IMG/VR virus record: IMGVR_UViG_3300036715_004481 | Coordinates: 1 to 62,882 of that record | From: a virus | Taxonomy: Duplodnaviria > Caudoviricetes | Length of the DNA: 62,882 nt | Strand: one strand, 5' to 3' | Part shown: piece after piece, positions 59,801 to 62,882 of the stretch | Layout of the letters: every line of letters begins with the position of its first letter | Numbering within the stretch: position 1 is the first letter of the stretch | The notes under the pieces: generated by a model | The model's input: only the letters and a program-made list of their open reading frames with translations | The model's database searches: none | What the model was told of the DNA's origin: nothing | Translations under genes and position numbers: made by a program

Positions 59801-60037
59801 TTTATAATATCAGTCTTAATCATCATATCATTATATATAATTTTAATTATGATTTGTTTTTAATATTTTATTTTTAATATATAGAATATACAATACTTAA
59901 AAAATATATAACTTATGATAAAAAAGACTACAAAAAATATATAACAGAGAAATTGTTAACAGATGATTATGATGACGCTTATAGAGGAATAGAAACAAAT
60001 ATTATAAAAATAAACGCACAAATATATAATTATAACT

Positions 60038-60553
60038 ATGATAAAAAATTTTAAATTATTTAACGAAAAATATATACATACATCACAAGATAAAATTGAT
60101 GATATGAACATTATGCAGGAATTTGCCAAAAAATTTGAAGATATATTTGAATATCGTTTAAATCTTAATATAGATAATGACTCAAAATTTAGAACATATT
60201 TAGGACATGGTGCAAATAAGAGTTATACAGGAACAGTAGAAATATATAATCAAGAATACTATAAAACAAAAAGAAAAATAAGATACTCTATCAACATAAT
60301 CACAGATATAAATCCTGCAGGTATAAGCGGACCTGATGATATAGGTAGAACATTTACAATAGACTTTGATATCAAACAAGAAAATAGGCTAACTAATAAA
60401 ATCCCAGATTTCTATAGCTATGAAAGAACTATGGATGAAATTATAGAAAAATTTAATAATTATGTATATTCAACACTAAATATAAAATACTTATCAGAAA
60501 AAGATCTAGAACAAAAAAAGATTGAAAAATCAGCAAACAAATATAATTTATAA
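60038..60553 (+). CDS. MKYIKKFE...KYNL family protein
   Basis: MIKNFKLFNE ... SANKYNL. Confidence 0.75.
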   Translation: MIKNFKLFNEKYIHTSQDKIDDMNIMQEFAKKFEDIFEYRLNLNIDNDSKFRTYLGHGANKSYTGTVEIYNQEYYKTKRKIRYSINIITDINPAGISGPDDIGRTFTIDFDIKQENRLTNKIPDFYSYERTMDEIIEKFNNYVYSTLNIKYLSEKDLEQKKIEKSANKYNL

Positions 60554-60554
60554 A

Positions 60555-60814
60555 ATGAAAAAATTAAAAACATTCGAAAGTTTTTGGAAAACACTTAAAT
60601 CTAAAACTGAAAATTTTGGTGATAGAATGACACAAATTAAAAGAAACAAAAACAATAGTTATAATATTGGCGATTATAATAATTAAAAAAGATCTTTCAA
60701 AATAAACAAACAAATATAGTATATTTACATGGTGATAATTTTGTTAGAGAAGCAAGCATTAACGAAATAGAAGAATTTGAAATAATAAAAATCACAACAA
60801 AATATAATTTATAA
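60555..60814 (+). pseudogene. Frameshifted KYNL family gene
   Basis: MKKLKTFES...NIGDY, frameshift, ...ITTKYNL. Confidence 0.65.
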
Positions 60815-60816
60815 AA

Positions 60817-61398
60817 ATGATAAAAAAATACTTGCAGTATATTAAAGAATCTATTACAACCGATGTAGATGGTTTATTAGATAGCATTAGAGAAGAAAAG
60901 ACAGACTTCTACGCTTTACATCTATCTAATGATAACTATATCAACAAAACAATTGATACGGTTTATGATGAAGCAGAATTTAATAAACAGTTATTTAAAG
61001 AAAATTTAAAGAAAGGCGAATTAGACTCCACTATGTATATTGAGAACTTTTTGAGAAAGGATATAGATATGAAATTTTTCTTTCTTTATAGTAGAAATGA
61101 AACAGTTTTAGATAATCCAAATTTTTTAATATTACAATACTACAAAGATGATAAATGGCATCCGATTGAAATATATAAAATTAAAGGTAAAGTCGAAAAC
61201 TTCTACGAAAAATTAACCGCAAAAACTATCAAATTAACATTTGATAATGTAACTTACATTTACACAACTTCAAATTCTGGTAACAATTGGATATTAAAGG
61301 AAACAGATAAAAAAACAGAAAAATTCAAAGAGAATTTGGAAACAGAAGATATTAAAACTCTCATCAGAGATGGCGCAAAATTAAATATAATTGAATGA
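60817..61398 (+). CDS. Hypothetical with capsid-targeting-like N-terminus
   Basis: MIKKYLQYIKES. Confidence 0.7.
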   Translation: MIKKYLQYIKESITTDVDGLLDSIREEKTDFYALHLSNDNYINKTIDTVYDEAEFNKQLFKENLKKGELDSTMYIENFLRKDIDMKFFFLYSRNETVLDNPNFLILQYYKDDKWHPIEIYKIKGKVENFYEKLTAKTIKLTFDNVTYIYTTSNSGNNWILKETDKKTEKFKENLETEDIKTLIRDGAKLNIIE

Positions 61399-61739
61399 AG
61401 CACTTAAAGTCATTTGAATCAGCACTATAAAAAGATATAGATTTTGATAAAGTTTATAGATATGGTAATAGTGGCTATATTACTATTGGTAAAATTAAAC
61501 CATATAAATATCAACACTTAGAACCTAAAAATAAATATTGTCTATATGATATGTTTGATAATGATTATGATGACAATTATCGTAAACATAGAAAATACTT
61601 AGATGAAGTTGATTTTAATCACAAATCAAGATTCATAAAAATCTTAACTTCAGAAGAACTTTTATATGTAAGAGAAGCCAATCCAGAAGAAACAGAAAAA
61701 TACAACTTTGCAATAGCCATAAATAATTATAATTTATGA
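61395..61739 (+). pseudogene. KYNL family gene with one internal TAA
   Basis: MKHLKSFESAL*KDID... in frame with 61551..61739 ending INNYNL. Confidence 0.7.
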
Positions 61740-62104
61740 AATACTTAAAAAATTTTGAAAATAATAATACATCTTATTTTTATAGAATAGATGGACGAGA
61801 TTTTTTAATCTGTGATATAGACACTTGTGGGGAAAGTGAACACACATTTGATATAAAATTCTTTGATTTTGCAGAAAATATAGAATTGTAGAGAGTTTTA
61901 AGAACTTGTGCGATACCTGATATAGAAGATTGTGCAAGATGCTTAGCTTCATTTGGACATAAAGATGAATCTAAAAAATTCAACAAACTGATGATGAACC
62001 CAACACTAAGAATATTAGTAGAGAATGAAAAATTGTTTATTTAGGTTTTAAGAATATTTAATCCTGATGATATCAGAGTAAAAACAAATGATTATAATTT
62101 ATGA
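61736..62104 (+). pseudogene. Degraded KYNL family gene
   Basis: MKYLKNFE..., internal TAGs, ends KTNDYNL with ATGA overlap. Confidence 0.65.
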
Positions 62105-62403
62105 AATACTTGAAAAAATTTGAAGATAATAATTTAAAATATAGAGTTGGTGATTGGGTAAAAATAAAAATCATACCCGACTTTGTTCACGGTATTGAAA
62201 GAATTGATGATAACCTATTTGTTAAAATTGAAAATATACAACATGATAAAAATTATGGACAATATGATTCGTTATACGAATTTAAAACACTACTAACAAA
62301 TCAAATGATTTTTGGCAATCAATATTACATTAGAAGAAAAATGACAAAAAAAGAAATAAAAGATTTTAAAATTAAAATTGAAGCACAAAAATATAACATA
62401 TAA
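62101..62403 (+). CDS. MKYIKKFE...KYNL family (IGDYV subtype)
   Basis: MKYLKKFE..RVGDWV ... AQKYNI. Confidence 0.8.
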   Translation: MKYLKKFEDNNLKYRVGDWVKIKIIPDFVHGIERIDDNLFVKIENIQHDKNYGQYDSLYEFKTLLTNQMIFGNQYYIRRKMTKKEIKDFKIKIEAQKYNI

Positions 62404-62430
62404 AAAAAAGCCTTTATTAAAGGTTTTTTT
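62403..62430. terminator. Convergent terminator
   Basis: AAAAAAGCCTTT/AAAGGTTTTTT. Confidence 0.6.
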
Positions 62431-62882
62431 CATTTAAAATATTTTCTAATTTTTGTTTTCTAACTATTCTTTTATATTCAGTTTCTGAATATTTGCTATA
62501 ATAATCTTTCTGAACAAACTCTAAAAATTCAGGTAATGTATACAATAGTTTATAACCATAAGCACTTGCTGATGTTTGTTGTTTATAGTAGAAATCTATA
62601 TAAATCTTCTTCAACTCATCTAATGTTGAATTTCCCCCAACAATAATAACATGTTGCAAAAACATGTGTAAATTTATCAGTTGCTATTGATTTTTCTTTA
62701 CAATGTTTCCAAGTTAAGTCACATTTTTTACAAACATCATATGCTGGACTAAACAATTTAAATATTTGATGTATTGGTTTCACTCTCTTTATAAAGTTTA
62801 AATTTTTATCTCTTTTAGAAATAAACCGAATATATAGAGTTATTAACTTTAAAAAATCTTTTTTTATTTTTTCTTCAACCAT
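62417..62882 (-). CDS. Hypothetical with RxxKL tail, apparently frameshifted (ORFs 62616..62882 + 62417..62665)
   Basis: CxxC motifs upstream; ends IVRKQKLENILNEKNL. Confidence 0.45.

Noticed and set aside
1-62882. Stop-codon reassignment (TAG or TGA read-through), suggested by internal stops in small genes
   Set aside because: Core genes are uninterrupted in code 11, RNR ends naturally at TAG, and the broken genes show mixed TAA/TAG/TGA and frameshifts, consistent with decay.

Overview
Very AT-rich segment of a large (jumbo-type) T4-like myophage genome in the standard genetic code. Several TTTG-N19-20-TAnnTTTG promoters point to a Bacteroidota host. It holds a tail module (sheath, tube, baseplate hub/wedge, gp5-like spike with two enzyme domains), replication/recombination genes (class II RNR with an HNH intein, a gp41/DnaB helicase fractured by an atypically split intein, UvsX/RecA), a sigma factor, auxiliary genes (TonB receptor with decayed pnuC/nadR, heptose kinase, glycosyltransferases, rhomboid, MoxR AAA/vWA), several free-standing endonucleases, and arrays of small genes with MKYIKKFE...KYNL termini. 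The most striking feature is the minus-strand tRNA operon at 3.17-4.41 kb (Pro, Arg, Ala, Gly, Val, Thr). It is preceded by a host-type promoter, an unannotated 43-aa leader ORF whose 20 consecutive central codons use only those six amino acids, and mutually exclusive antiterminator/terminator hairpins. This looks like a ribosome-mediated attenuator that would switch on phage tRNAs when those tRNAs run short. The operon also carries two tRNA-like genes whose D-arm-like element lies 3' of the anticodon arm. All calls come from reading the sequence by eye; no searches were run.
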